NCBI GenBank assembly: GCA_951406725.2
Contig: OX597814.1
Span: forward strand, 75,950,001-76,014,000
Direction: 5' to 3'
Source: Octopus vulgaris
Taxonomy: Eukaryota
Length of the DNA stretch: 64,000 nucleotides
The notes below the pieces were generated by a model, which searched no databases, was not told the origin of the DNA, and saw nothing but the letters and a program-made list of their open reading frames with translations. Position numbers and translations under genes: made by a program. This document shows, in pieces, positions 1 to 12,250 of the stretch (positions are counted from its first letter, which is position 1; each line of letters begins with the position of its first letter).

Positions 1-309
1 GATACACTATATCTGAAAAAAGACATAGGTTGCTCATAGGAAACAAACACAGAGTGAAGGATAGAAAGCAATAAAAAATATCTTTCAGTTCTGAATCAAA
101 TTAACATTGAAAAATACAAATAATGAAAAAAATGTGCAAAAGATAAATACAAAAGAAACAGAATGTAGTAGGAAAAGAAGTACTTGTTATGAAAGAGACA
201 CTTACTATACTTTGAAGATTCCAGTTATTTTTTTTGTTTCATTATTTGTTGAATCTGGAGGGAAAAACAGTGTCCATGACCTGCATTGTTCCACCAAAAG
301 AGGTGATGC

Positions 310-870
310 TGTTAATGTTCTGTTTAAGCTGTTGCAGACCAACACCTGCTGGAAAAACATGAGCAGGGAGAAGTTTCTAGAAGGATGATATTCTGAGGAG
401 GAAGAATTTTGCATAGTGGTTAATGTAGAGCCAGGAGGGTGAAACATAACAAGGGTGATAGGAAGTGGAGAGACGTGGGCCAAGGAGACTTAAATAGATG
501 AGGTGTTTGATCAGACTAGTGAAAGAAAAGTCAGAGAGGAAACAGTATGCTTGTAATCCAGAGCCTGGAACATATCTGCTTCTGATTTGATGCCACTCAG
601 TTGAGTAGTACTATGGGGGTAGTACTCCGCTATGGGCCTTCCTTAAGCCTTGTTGAGTGTCAGCATCTGTAGGGGATGAAATATTTTCTGGCACTGAAAA
701 GAAGGTCCAGTCTTTATGATGCATTCTTAACTGTTAGGAATAGGCTTTTGCCAGAAAAGTTCCTCATTTATAATGTGATTCAGTATTTGGAACAACTGTG
801 AGAACCCTAGTTGAGTGTTACACATATTTAGGATGAGGTGTGCTGTAGTATTACTTTCTTGATATAAGCA
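310..870 (-). mobile_element. Decayed 3' fragment of a CR1/Zenon-like LINE (RT C-terminus)
   Basis: Minus-strand translation with stops gives RLDLLFSARKYF..QMLTLNKA*GRPIAEYY and RLSTSYHP...KFFLLRISSF*KLLPAHVFP...QQLKQNIN. These match the LYKAQVRP.MEY and SFF.R...WN.LP..VFP motifs of CR1-group ORF2. Ends approximate. Confidence 0.6.
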
Positions 871-1310
871 ATGTTTGAGATTTTATGTTTTGAGTTGAAA
901 TAAAAGGAAGAAAATATTTTTCAACTCGACTCAACAGAAAACGGTTTCACTTGATTTTTATGTTTCTTGTATATTTACAACATGTTGAACACAATGATGA
1001 AATTTTTTTCATATTAGTACCAATATTTTGTCAATTATATCACTTATTTTCTGTCATTCTTAACATTGTCTGTGGTCAAATTACACTCTTGTCAGATTTC
1101 TATGTAGAACTTTCCAGAAAGGAAAACAGTAGAATTTACTTACGTTGATCCATAGAAATATTCATACAAACAATGTACCACAAAATAACTATTAACACAA
1201 CATAGAATAGACAATCCAGGCAAGCCCAAGAAAATATGCTTATATATTTACAAAATATTTGATGATGGATTTTTCACTGTTCTGGGACATTCAATTGTTA
1301 AAAGTATGTA

Positions 1311-2600
1311 CGAGGGGCGTTCAATAAGTAATGCCCCTAACCCACTTCCTATAGCAGTAGAGCAACGAAACTTGGCACAGTTATTAGTCTTTTTCTACAT
1401 AGGAACCACCCAGAGTTACGCATTTCTCCCATCGTTTGATGTAGCTCTGGAGACCGTTTTTGTAGAAGACTCCAGCTTGGTCCTCCAACCTGAACGTGAC
1501 TTCAGAAATCAAGGCTGCATCATCTGGGAAACGCTTTCCTTTCAAAAACAACTTCATGACTGGGAAGAGATGAAAATCAGAGGGTGCAAGGTCAGGAAAG
1601 TAGGGGGATGGGGGAGGAGTTCATAGCCATACGCCTGTGCTTCTGATCTGGCGACAAGCGAGTTGTGGACCGGAGCGTTGTCCTGCAGGAGGAGGATGCC
1701 TTTGCTGATCTTGCCCTGCCTCTTGATTTTGATAACTTCTCTTAATTTCCGCAAAAGTGAAGCATAATAGGCTCCTGCAATTGTGGTACCCTTTGCCAGG
1801 AAATCTGTCATCACTACTCTGTCCTGGTCCCAGAAGACTGTGAGCATGACCTTTCCAGAGGAGGGCTGCACCCTTGCCTTCTTTGGAGGGGGTGAGTCAC
1901 GGTGCTTCCACTGCATTGACTGGGCTTTGGTCTCTGGATCATAATGATGGACCCAGGTTTCATCATGTGTAATCAGTCTTTTGAAAAATTTTGACTCATC
2001 TTCTTGGCACATCTCCAAATTCACCCTCGAGCACTCAACGTGTTCTTGCTTCTGGAAAGGCGTGAGCAGCCTGGGAATCCATCTGGCAGACACCTTTTGC
2101 ATATGCAAATGGTCATGAATGATAGTTTCCACAGACCCGGTACTAATCTTGACCTCATGGGCTATTTGGCGAATAATTATGCGTCGATCTTCCAAAATGG
2201 CAGCCTCAACTTGACGGACAGATGCCTCATCAATGGCAGAAGGGGCGACCAGATCTGGGAGCTGTTTCCACAGAGTTCCGACCATGTTTGAATTCATGAT
2301 GCCAGCGTTTTACAAGGTCATATGATGGGGCATCATCACCATAAGTTACTTTCATTTCATCAAAAGTCTCCCGTGGTGTGCGTCCTTTCAAATACAAAAA
2401 CCGGATCACTGCTCGACACTCAACAGGCTCCATTTCACACTTGACTCAGTTCAAACACCTGTAAATCAGAAACCACAATTAATTCAGAGCTGTAATTTGC
2501 CACTTACTCTATAGAGATATAAATAATTGCACATGCAAAATTTCAGCTAGATCAAACAACTGCAAGTGGGTCAGAGGCATTACTTATTGAACGTCCCTCG
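1311..2600 (-). mobile_element. Full-length mariner (DD34D) DNA transposon, 1290 bp
   Basis: TIRs cgaggggcgttcaataagtaatgcc (1311) and ggcattacttattgaacgtccctcg (ends 2600). TA target-site duplication at 1309-1310 and 2601-2602. Confidence 0.97.
1384..2433 (-). pseudogene. Mariner transposase, two frameshifts (~2250 and ~1605)
   Basis: HTH N-terminus MEPVECRAVIRFLYLKG, WIPRLL, HDETW, LQDNAPVH and a frameshifted HPP-YFPDLAPSDFHLF. Ends GGSYVEKD*. Confidence 0.95.
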
Positions 2601-2799
2601 TAAGAGCAGTGTCTTACAAGTATTCAAGTAAGTTATATTTTAAAAGTTAAGCATTGTACAAAAAGAAAAGTAAAAAGAATATAAAGATGTTTTTTTAAAT
2701 ATTCTGTTTGTGTGTCACATTTGTTACTGTTAACTACATTGTATTAATTTTAATGTTTGATTGTTATTGAGGGTGTAATCATAACTTCTATACACCGCA

Positions 2800-3713
2800 A
2801 GAACAAATCAATTAACTGCTTTTGTTGTGTGTGTGAACTTTACCTTGGTTTAAAATAAGTCAAATGTGTTATTGACATATGAAAAGTAATTCTGCATTCC
2901 CATTGGAGACCAGGACATGTCATGAACCCATCTTGCAATCTTTGGTACTTACATATCTACACTAGAGGGATGGATGTGTATCAGCGGAAAATGCATGCCA
3001 TTTACCATTCTTAGAATCTGAAGAGAACCGACAGACTATCTAAACGACTGCTTTTCTGTAGTGGTAGAGGTGTCTACTTATAAAAGATCCTGAGATAGGA
3101 AGAAATTGGTCCATCCAAGTATTCTATCCTTAATTGCACCAGTGCATCACAATGATTAATTACCAGTTCCTGCTTCAACTTCTGAATAATCAGATAAAAT
3201 CGACATTAAAATGTCATATTACGTTGAAGATTGGGAAGAAAAGGAAGCAGCATGCTTGTGTGAAAAACTCCACTTGACAAACTAGCAAAAGATTGATGAA
3301 ACAAAAGGAAGATGAATCTCTTCAAAACTGGTGTAGAGTTGCTGGTGTTCAGATTGAAAGAATAGATGTGAAAGCGACAATTCTGAAGTACACAGATTTT
3401 GCCCATTTCTACTTATTGTCTGAGTCACTATACATCTATTCTGGGGTAAAAGATCTTCTTCAAGTAATCAATTTTAGACACAATTCTCATTAATGGTGTC
3501 TGTTCATTGACGTCTGAAAATTGTGCTGCATCACAGTGGGAACCAATATCCATTTATTCCTGTTGGTCACTTGAAAGATTGCAAAGATTACAAATATATA
3601 AAAGTTTTGCTTGTAAAAATCAAATATGATGGCTATAAATTTGTTGTGTGTAGCAATTTCAAGATGTTGGGGTTCTTGCTGAGGTTGCAAGGTGGATATA
3701 CTAAGTACTCTTG

Positions 3714-3792
<79 letters not shown>

Positions 3793-4400
3793 CGTGCATA
3801 TGTGTGTATTATGCATGTGCTTGCAGGATAACAGAGATAAGGAAAAGCATGTGAAATGACAATGTCAAAAAGGATGAGCTTTGCAGTTAGGAACACAATG
3901 TACAATGCTCTTGAATCAGTGAAGAAAATATTTTCACTGCCACTCCACATGAAACTTGACCTGATAGCAATTGTTCACAACCTTGCATCACAACAATGAA
4001 GGTTACACTAACATAGGAACAATGTTACTACAGCTGTGTTACTTAAAAGTTGTTGCTGTTGTTTGTTAGATCATAAGTGAAGCAGATGCTTGTATCCGTA
4101 ACTGCAGCTATGGAAATGATGGTGGTGAAGAAAGGAGCTTGGAATGCTTTCCAGAAGATCATCAACAATAACAGCAGGGAATTGAATTGCTTGAAAATTA
4201 CAGAAGTGTCACTTAAGCTACACTATTTGCACTTTCATTTGGAATTCTTCAGACCAAATGTTGGTACTGTGTCACAAGAGCATGGTGAATGGTTCCATGA
4301 GGACATAAAATTGATGGAATAGACAATTGCATATAGAACTTGGTTCAAGAAGACAGTAGAAACCAAAACAGACTATGATCATTCAATGTTCACTTTTGAG
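2800..4400 (+). mobile_element. Decayed Chapaev3-like (CMC) transposase remnant
   Basis: Motifs IPIGDQD, LHHSGNQYPFIPVGH, NFKMLGFLLRLQGGYTKYSC, LPLHMKL and SLKLHYLHFHLEFFRPNVGTVSQEHGEWFHEDIKLME. Many stops and deletions; ends approximate. Confidence 0.75.
3714..3790. repeat. (TG)n microsatellite inside the Chapaev-like ORF
   Basis: Direct reading. Confidence 0.98.
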
Positions 4401-5062
4401 TTTATTACAGCACCATTGTTATTATAATATTGTTGCATTATTCATGATCACTCATTAAATTATTTGATTTCTATATGTTTCATAATGCAGTTGAAATGAC
4501 AATAAATTGTATTACAATATATATATTGTATTTTCATGATTATTATGAAAATCTTTGTTGGTTTATAAAAAGTAATGTAACTGTTATGCTCAGCATGCCA
4601 AAACTGACAGAAAATACAAAAATGGGAGGCAAACAGAAATTTCATAAAAACGAGGGTTTAAGGAGAAAATTTTAAAACTGAAATGTTCCTTAAACTATTT
4701 AAGTTTGCACATATATCTTTGATATCATATTTCAGTAATATCATTATTTTGTAAATAAAAACACTCACCATATTGCATGTGCCTTTGTTATTTTGATATG
4801 GTATAATAAAAAGTAAATGTTATGTTTCTTAACTCTATTTTAAAACAGTAAGAAAATATTTTAAGACCATTTTCCTGCTTATATTTTTCTAAAGTAGTCA
4901 TATTAATGTAATATAATAAATCTATTGTTTTCCTTATAAAATAGTTATTCTGCAGCGGTATAAAAAAAAAGTAAATGTTATAATATTTTTTCAAATAAAC
5001 TGTTTTTAAAAATGTAAATAAATGTATTTTTTATGGTCGATTTCCATATTTTCAAATTCAGT

Positions 5063-5282
5063 AAGGCAACAAACTAGCAGAATTGTTAAAATGTTTGGTA
5101 AAATGTTTGGCAATATTTTGTGTCTTCACGTTCTGAGTTCAAATTCTGCTGAAGTCAACTTTGCCTTTCATCCTTTCAGGGTCAATAAAATAAGTACCAG
5201 TTTAGCACTTGGCTCAATGTAATTGACTACTTACTCCTTTTCCCAAAATTGTTGGGCTTGTACTAAAATTTGAAATCAATAT
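5063..5282 (+). mobile_element. tRNA-derived SINE with Deu/Nin-like central domain
   Basis: A-box-like ctagcagaattg, B-box gagttcaaattc and central gcctttcatcctttcagggtcaataaaataagtaccag. Family has more than 10 copies in the window. Confidence 0.85.
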
Positions 5283-5966
5283 TTTAAAGTTCAGTGTACT
5301 AAGTATTTGGTCTTTTAAGCAATCAGTATCTGATTTTTTAGGTTATTTGAATTTGACTTTCTTACATTCCATACTCTTGAATTTAGTCTTATGACCTTAA
5401 AGTCTTAGAGGGCCATGCCTAAAGGCATGGTTACTCACCTGTCTAGTGATTTCTAATGGGTCAGGAGAGAAGTACATGCACTGCCAGTGTTGAATGGTAT
5501 GAGACTAGAGGAGCTCTGATGAGTCAGTGAACTTGATATAAAATACCACAGGAATGAGCTCTGTATAACGTTTAATGTGTGTTGGGCAATTGTGATAACC
5601 TTATTAGGTGAAATGAAAGTCATGGTTTGATGGAGGTTAGATTTGGAGGTGGGAAAGAGATCATGAGAATTTGATGTGCTTTTGTGTGGCATGTGAGTAC
5701 GGTTTGAAACAACTTGGTGTAAAGACCTGAGCATAACAAACAATTTGACTTCTGTACCAGCATCATTATTGTGGGATAAGTGTAAGTCTCCAGAACAAGA
5801 ACAGAGAGAAGAGGAAACATGAAGAAGCAGAACAGATAGTCATTGAAGAGGTCACAGAATGTGTAACAAAAGAAATCTGACAAATAAATAAATAATAATA
5901 ATAAAGCTAAAATGAAGATCAAATAAATAATGCATAGTTTATCAGCAAAATGACCATCCCTTAATA

Positions 5967-6006
<40 letters not shown>

Positions 6007-6008
<2 letters not shown>

Positions 6009-6212
6009 GACAGCAAGCTAGCAAAATTGTTAGCATGCCAGGCAAAATGCTTAGCAGCATTTTGTCTGTCTCTACATCATGAGTTCAAATTTCACCAAGG
6101 TCAGCTATGCCTTTCATCCTTTCAGGGTCGATAAATTAAGTACCAGTGAAACACTGAGGTCAATGTAATCGACTAGTCCCCACCCCACAGCCAAACTTTC
6201 AGGCCTTATTAC

Positions 6213-6279
<67 letters not shown>

Positions 6280-6280
6280 T
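6007..6280 (+). mobile_element. Deu/Nin-like SINE with (TTA)n tail, preceded by (TTA)n
   Basis: Same head and central domain as 5063. (TTA)n at 5970-6006 and ~6215-6280. Confidence 0.88.
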
Positions 6281-7202
6281 ATTGTCTTTGCACAGCTTCT
6301 AACACTGGAGAGGAACTATGGTGGCAGTTGTTCACTACCAGTGAACTAAGGTAACACCCCTATTTTTCGAGCACTGTCTGGAGTATTTGAGCAGTTCCGG
6401 GCAGTACTGTTTTCTGCAAGTGCTCCACCCTTATTGCAGCCCCTATGTACTTCTCAAGATTTTTATTCACTGTTCCCAGGGCTCCAACAATTATTGGTAC
6501 TACTAGCACCTTTTTCATTGACCACAACTGCTTAACCTCCCAAGCTAACCTGCCATATCTTTCAACTTTTCTTTCTTCCTTATCGCATATCTTGTCAGCT
6601 GCACATGCTATATCTATGATCCAGTATCGTTTGCTTTCTTTTTCAATTAAGACTATGTTTAATTTCCTATTCTCTATCTCATGGTCGCACTGAATCATAT
6701 AATCTCATAGGATCTCTACATTATCATTTTCAATAATGCCTTTGGGTTTATGTTCATACCACTTTTTTGCTCTGTCAAGTCCATACTTGTTGCAATATGT
6801 CCAATGGACAATCCTTGCTATATTGTCATGAAGTCTCCTATATTCTTTCTGGGCTAGTGCGTACATTGACTGGTAATATGCCATACAGTTTCACCATTTT
6901 GTCCACAAATTCTGTACTTATCACTTACTGACGTGTTGTTTATTCTGTATTTGTTGTAATTTGTTCTTAATACTTGCTCTTGAGCATCACAGATTAGAGC
7001 CTCCATTTCCAGTTTTAAATCATTTTTAGTCATCCATAGCCATCTTTTCTCTCTGTCTTATCTGCAACATGGTAGATGCTTGGTACATACAGTCTGTCTG
7101 TGTGATGTTTTGAGTGGAGTATCCCATATCTAGTCAGCAACCTCCTTGTCTTTCTGTCTAAGCTGTTTAGTTTGTCTACAGTCCAGGTGATTACTCCTGC
7201 TC

Positions 7203-7203
<1 letters not shown>
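6281..7203 (-). mobile_element. R4/Dong-like RLE LINE copy A, 5'-truncated, internally deleted and decayed
   Basis: DRKTRRLLT..GILHSK..TDRLYVP, then a deletion, then LKLEMEALICDAQEQ, RICGQNGETVWHI, IIDIA..KVERY and VVPIIVGALG. Flanked by (TTA)n on both sides. Confidence 0.9.
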
Positions 7204-7239
<36 letters not shown>

Positions 7240-7242
<3 letters not shown>

Positions 7243-8904
7243 TAGTTTTACTTTTATAGCGTGCTTTCACTTCACTACCGAGCGCAGCTCTGTGTGCCTT
7301 GGGTATGTGCTGTGATTTGTTGTGATGCTCTGATGGTTATTGTATGGAAAGTATTCTGCGTAGGATGTGTGCAGTGCCTAGTAGTGCAATTTTCTGTATG
7401 TTATATGTGTTTGTAAGTCCTGGTGTTTTTGTTATGTATTTGTCTGAATATTTTTTTATCATGCCTAATGCACCTACTATGATAGGAATTGTTTCTGTTT
7501 TCAGATTCCACATTCTAGTTACCTCTATTTCCAGGTCTTTGTATTTTGAGAGTTTCTCCATTTCTTTTAGAGACACGTTGTCATCTGCCGGTATTGATAC
7601 ATCAATTAGAAAGCATTTTTTTTCTTCATGATCTCTGACAACTATATCTGGTCTGTTGGCCTTAATTTCTCTATCTGTGTGTATCGGCATATCCCAGAGT
7701 ATGGTTGCTTTCTCGTTTTCTGTGACCTTTTCTGGTGTGTGCCTATACCATCTTTTTTCTGTTGTTATTCCATAATGTTGGCATAGCTTCCAGTGTATGT
7801 AGGTTCCAACTCTGTCATGTCTGTGAATATATTCCTTCTTAGCCAGGACTGGGCAGCTAGAGATAATATGATTTATTGTTTCTTGTCCATCTCCACATAT
7901 TCTGCATTTACTTGTAATATTTCTTTTCATTACATGTTTTTGGTATTTTCTGGTGGGGAGGCTTTGGTCTTGTGTTGCAATTAAAAATCCCTCTGTTTCT
8001 GCTTTGAGTCCTGAGCTTCTCAACCATTGCTGGGATTTTTCTTTGTCTATTTCTTTTGCGTTTAGTTTAGTGCAGTATTTACCATGAAGGGGCTTTTCTT
8101 GCCATCGTTTTATCATGGTTCGTTGCTGTTCTATTTTTAGTTTGGATTTCATTTGTTTTATAGCTTTTGTTGTTTCTTCATCATCTTCTTCTTCTTCTTT
8201 GTGTTTATTAGGTGGTATGATTTCTTGTTTGTATTTGTCAGCTTCCTTAAATACTGAGAACAGTTTTTTGTTTTGCTCGTGTTTTGCTGCTATCTGGATC
8301 AGTTTTCCTTCCTTCTGAAGTAGGTATTTTTGCAGTCCTATGGTGGTTATTTTATAGTAGTTTTCCAGCTGTATAAGGCCTCTACCACCTTCTATACGTT
8401 GTATATATAGTCTTTCTATGTCAGATTTTGGGTGATGCATCCTAGATCCTGTCAGTATTTTTCTTGTTTTCCTATCTATTTTGGACAGTTCATTTCGTGT
8501 CCAGTTAAGGATATTGTAGCTGTAACTTATAACTGGGACAGCTAAAGTGTTGATACCTATTATCTTGTTTTTAGCATTGAGCTCTGTTTTTAGTATTGAT
8601 CTAACTCGTCTATAATATATTTTTTTATTTTCTCTTTCATTTGTGTGTGTTGTGTCTTATCTAGTTCATGGATTCCTAAGTATTTGTAAGTTTGGCTTTG
8701 GTCTAATTCTTTTATTTCATTGGTTTTATCTAGTGTGATGTTGTTACTCTTAACTAGTTTTCCTCTTTTCATGGTTACTTTGGCGCATTTTTCTAATCCA
8801 AATTTCATATCTATTTCTTTGGTAAATCCATGAACTGTCTTTTTAAATCCATGTGTCTTTTTAAATCCATGAACTGTCTTTGTAAATCCATGAACTGTCT
8901 TTTT
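7240..8904 (-). mobile_element. R4/Dong-like RLE LINE copy B, 5'-truncated
   Basis: RT end MKFGLEKCAK..YKYLG, then HHPKSDIERLY..GGRGL, CCHC knuckle CRICGDGQETINHIISSC, RHD, RPDIV..D..E..K..KY (PD-(D/E)xK endonuclease). One frameshift near 8620. (TTA)n flanks. Confidence 0.95.
7337..8440 (-). pseudogene. Dong-like ORF C-terminal part (thumb, zinc knuckle, restriction-like endonuclease)
   Basis: 367-aa open frame; catalytic RT core missing because of the 5' truncation. Confidence 0.9.
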
Positions 8905-8935
8905 ACTATTATTATTATTAAAAGACAGTTCATGG

Positions 8936-8969
<34 letters not shown>

Positions 8970-8970
<1 letters not shown>

Positions 8971-10470
8971 TTTTTTTTTTTCTTCTTTCAAATTTGCTTC
9001 CATTTCTTGCCGAGTGTCTTCCCGATTCCTAGGGCAAAGAAACTCATAGTATACATTGGTAGGCCATTAAACCAAACTCAGTAGTTCGTTCATTTTTTTT
9101 TTTTTTTTTTTAAATTAAAATACATGAGCAGCAACAGTTAAGACAATCTTTTGCACTTCTTGCAGGGATGGTAAGCCAGGGATCATTCTCATATAATTTT
9201 CGGTTCCCTTCTTGATCATTCCTAGTGCTCCTACGATCACTGGTATTGTAACCGCCTTGAGATGCCACATTTTTTCAATTTCAATGAGTAGGTCTTTATA
9301 TTTTCTGAGCTTGTCAAACTCTTTCGCTGAGATATTATGATCACAGGGGATGCTCATGTCGATCAATAAGCAAACTTTATTGTTTTGGTCTTTCACAACA
9401 ATATCTGGTTTATTGGCCTTGATGGTTCGGTCTGTATGTACTGGAAAGTCCCAGAGAATGGTTACATTTTCTCCTTCAGTTACAGCCTCAGGGTGGTGAT
9501 TATACCACTTGTCGGCCGTTTTGATATTGTAATGCCGACTTATTAGCCAGTGGAGATATTGGCCAACTCTGTCATGTCTTAATTTATACTCCACTGGTGC
9601 TAAGACTTTACATCCAGAGATTAGGTGGTCCACTGTTTCAATCATGTCGTTGCAGAATTGGCATTTTGGGTCTGCTCCATTTTTCATCACATTGGCCTGG
9701 TAGTTCCGGGTTAATAGGCTTTGATCTTGAGCAGCCAGGATGAAACCTTCGCCCTCTGCTTTTAGCCCTGAGCTCCGTAGCCACTGATGGGTTTGCTTCT
9801 GGTCAACATCAGCTTGTTTGCTGCGGGTCACATATTTGCCGTGCAGAGGTTTCTCCTCCCACCTATCAGCCAATTGCTCGTGCGCTTTTTTCATTGCCAT
9901 CATTTTCACCTTCTTTGCAACAATAGTTGCCATACTTCCCTCAGGTTGTTCAGTTTGGGTATCCTGCACGAGATCAATAGCAAATTTTTTGCTTTCCTTT
10001 ATGATAGAATGAAGCTTCTTTCGTCTCTCGTGATTTTCCACGAGCTTTAGCATCCAGTCATTCGATATTTCGAGATATTTGGCCAGTCCAATTGTGGTTG
10101 TTTTGTAAGCTAGTTCAAATTGGATCAGGCCTCGACCTCCTTGGGCTCTGGGAAGGTAAAGGCGATCTACGTCTGCCTTTGGGTGGTGCATCCTATTACA
10201 ACTCAGCAGCTTGCGTATCTTTCTATCTATATTCTTTACTTCACTCATATTCCAGTTCAACACATTGTAGCTATAAGTAACAACTGGAACTGCTAAGGAA
10301 TTTATAGCTAACACCTTGTTACGTGCATTTAGTTCAGATTTCAGGACTGCACGAACTCTCCTATAACATTCCTTCCTGATTTTCTCTTTCATGCTTGCAT
10401 GCTGAATACCAGAGCCTTCATTTATCCCTAAATATTTGTATGTTTGTTCTTGCTCAAGCTCTCTTATGAC

Positions 10471-10471
<1 letters not shown>
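8970..10471 (-). mobile_element. R4/Dong-like RLE LINE copy C, 5'-truncated
   Basis: Frame open from TYKYLG (~10430) to 9115: HHPKADVDRLY, CQFC..H..SGC, RHD, KPDIV..D..E..K..KY. 3' UTR resembles copy D. (TTA)n flanks. Confidence 0.95.
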
Positions 10472-10519
<48 letters not shown>

Positions 10520-10534
10520 TACTCCTTCAGAAAG

Positions 10535-10718
10535 TAAAGAAACAATAAGACGAGTGCAACTGCTATAGAATGAACAATATTTCAACACTTTGTGTGTCTT
10601 CCACAAGTTCAAAATAATAATTTCAATCTACTTCAAGTTGGTAACATTTAAGGATTAACATGAAGTGTCGAAATATTGTTCATTTGATAGCAGTCGCACT
10701 CTTCTTGTTGTTTCTTTA
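10535..10718. mobile_element. Foldback/MITE-like element with ~56-bp inverted arms
   Basis: 10535-10590 is the reverse complement of 10663-10718 with few mismatches. TA at both termini. Confidence 0.75.
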
Positions 10719-10721
10719 TAA

Positions 10722-11090
10722 TCCTCCTCATCATCATCATCATTTAACGTCCGCTTTCCATGCTAGCATGGGTTGGACGATTTGACTGAGGACTGGCGAA
10801 CCAGATGGTTGTACCAGGCTCCAATCTGATCTGGCAGAGTTTCTACAGCTGGATGCCCTTCCTAAATCCAACCACTCCGAGAGTATAGTGGGTGCTTTTA
10901 CATGCCACCGGCATGAGGGCCAGTCAGGCGGTACTGGCAACGGCCACACTCGAAATGGTGTTTTTTACATGCCACCTGCACAGGAGTCAGTCCAGCAGCA
11001 CTGGCAATGACCTTGCTTGAATGTTTTGTTCACGTGCCAGTAAGGTGATGCTGGTAGCGATCACACTCAAATGGTTCTTTTTGAGCATGA
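10722..11090 (-). mobile_element. Meta-like SINE / RTE 3' module with (GAT)n tail
   Basis: Reverse complement of ggagtggttgg(a/c)..taggaagggcatccagctgtagaaac...ccatgctagcatggaaagcggacgttaaatgatgat. Same module at 17788, 26161 and 58600-58890. Confidence 0.85.
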
Positions 11091-11649
11091 TCGTCATTAT
11101 CATTATTATGATTATTATTATTGTTATTATTATTATTATTATTATAAGATTGTTGAAGTGTGTGATGTTGGATTGAAAATTCAAACATTGATAATCAGTT
11201 GAGTTTTAATATGTCCAAGTGAGTTGTTATTTTCTTTCAACATGAAAACATTGTTTGTCAACATTTCAACACTATTGAAATGTTATTGAGAATTTTTTGT
11301 TGCTTTTTTTATTATTTATTTATTTACTTTTTATATTTCATATATATTGTTTTTTACTTTATTTTTATCTTTTATTAAATTTCATCAACGGCTTGGCCTT
11401 GCAACTTGCTTCAGATAGGGCTCTCTTCATTCAAAATGTAAACACCCTATTGTGCTCTACATAACATTCAAAACAAAAGGAAACAGAAAAGTACAATTAA
11501 ATCCCTTGTCCTGTTTTTAAGTGAGTTAACTTTCTTGTGATATTTGTGCATTTCATTCACTTATTCTATATGCACCAAGAATCATATGCAAATAGCCAGA
11601 TATAATATAGCTGATAAATATTTAATATTTGTTCTTTGAACAAAACAAG

Positions 11650-12250
11650 TAGCTCATCTCCAATACCCATATATTATATCAAGAACGAGGTAAAAATAAA
11701 ACAGAAACCAATGCAATGCCAACAGCAAGAGAAAGAGAAAAAATTTGGGAAGGTTTATGGAGAGAAGGTAGAACATAATAGACAAGAAAGTTCAACACAA
11801 GAGCTGTATTTCAGCAATGATAGGTAAAAAAAAGAACCACATAAGAAATAACACATACACTACAGAAAAACAATTGGGAAGCACTAGAATATGGTAGTTG
11901 TTTCACAAGAAACTATGAAAGACATATAATGAAGCAGAATACAAAATGTGCAGAATATTTTGCAGAATACAAAAAAGCAATGTCCTTGACTGTTTTGGGC
12001 TGTATAGTTATAGCAAAATCAGAATATATAAACATACATGATAGAACAGGAAACTTCATGTGCTACAAATTATGCTAGCATTATGGAAAATGCCCAGAAA
12101 AAAAATGTGGTACAAACATATTCTACAAAATGGCTTAAGTGGGATATGAAAAATGGTAGGCAGAAATGAATTACAATTACACAAAAAGATCTGGAATCAG
12201 GAATATGTATATTTTAAAAAAACAAAAGATATAAGAAAATATTAAACAAC
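11650..12250 (+). mobile_element. Very decayed R4/Dong-like LINE N-terminal RT fragment
   Basis: Frameshifted matches to FW..IW...HN and NWKAPG motifs (aaatttgggaaggtttatgg..cataat; caattgggaagcacta). Confidence 0.35.

Noticed and set aside
200-483. Minus-strand ORF ending at a GTAAGT donor-like site as a host exon
   Set aside because: The region is better explained as a decayed LINE read in another frame.
1306-2291. Plus-strand ORFs overlapping the mariner, and similar antisense ORFs over the LINEs
   Set aside because: Shadow frames antisense to transposon coding sequence.
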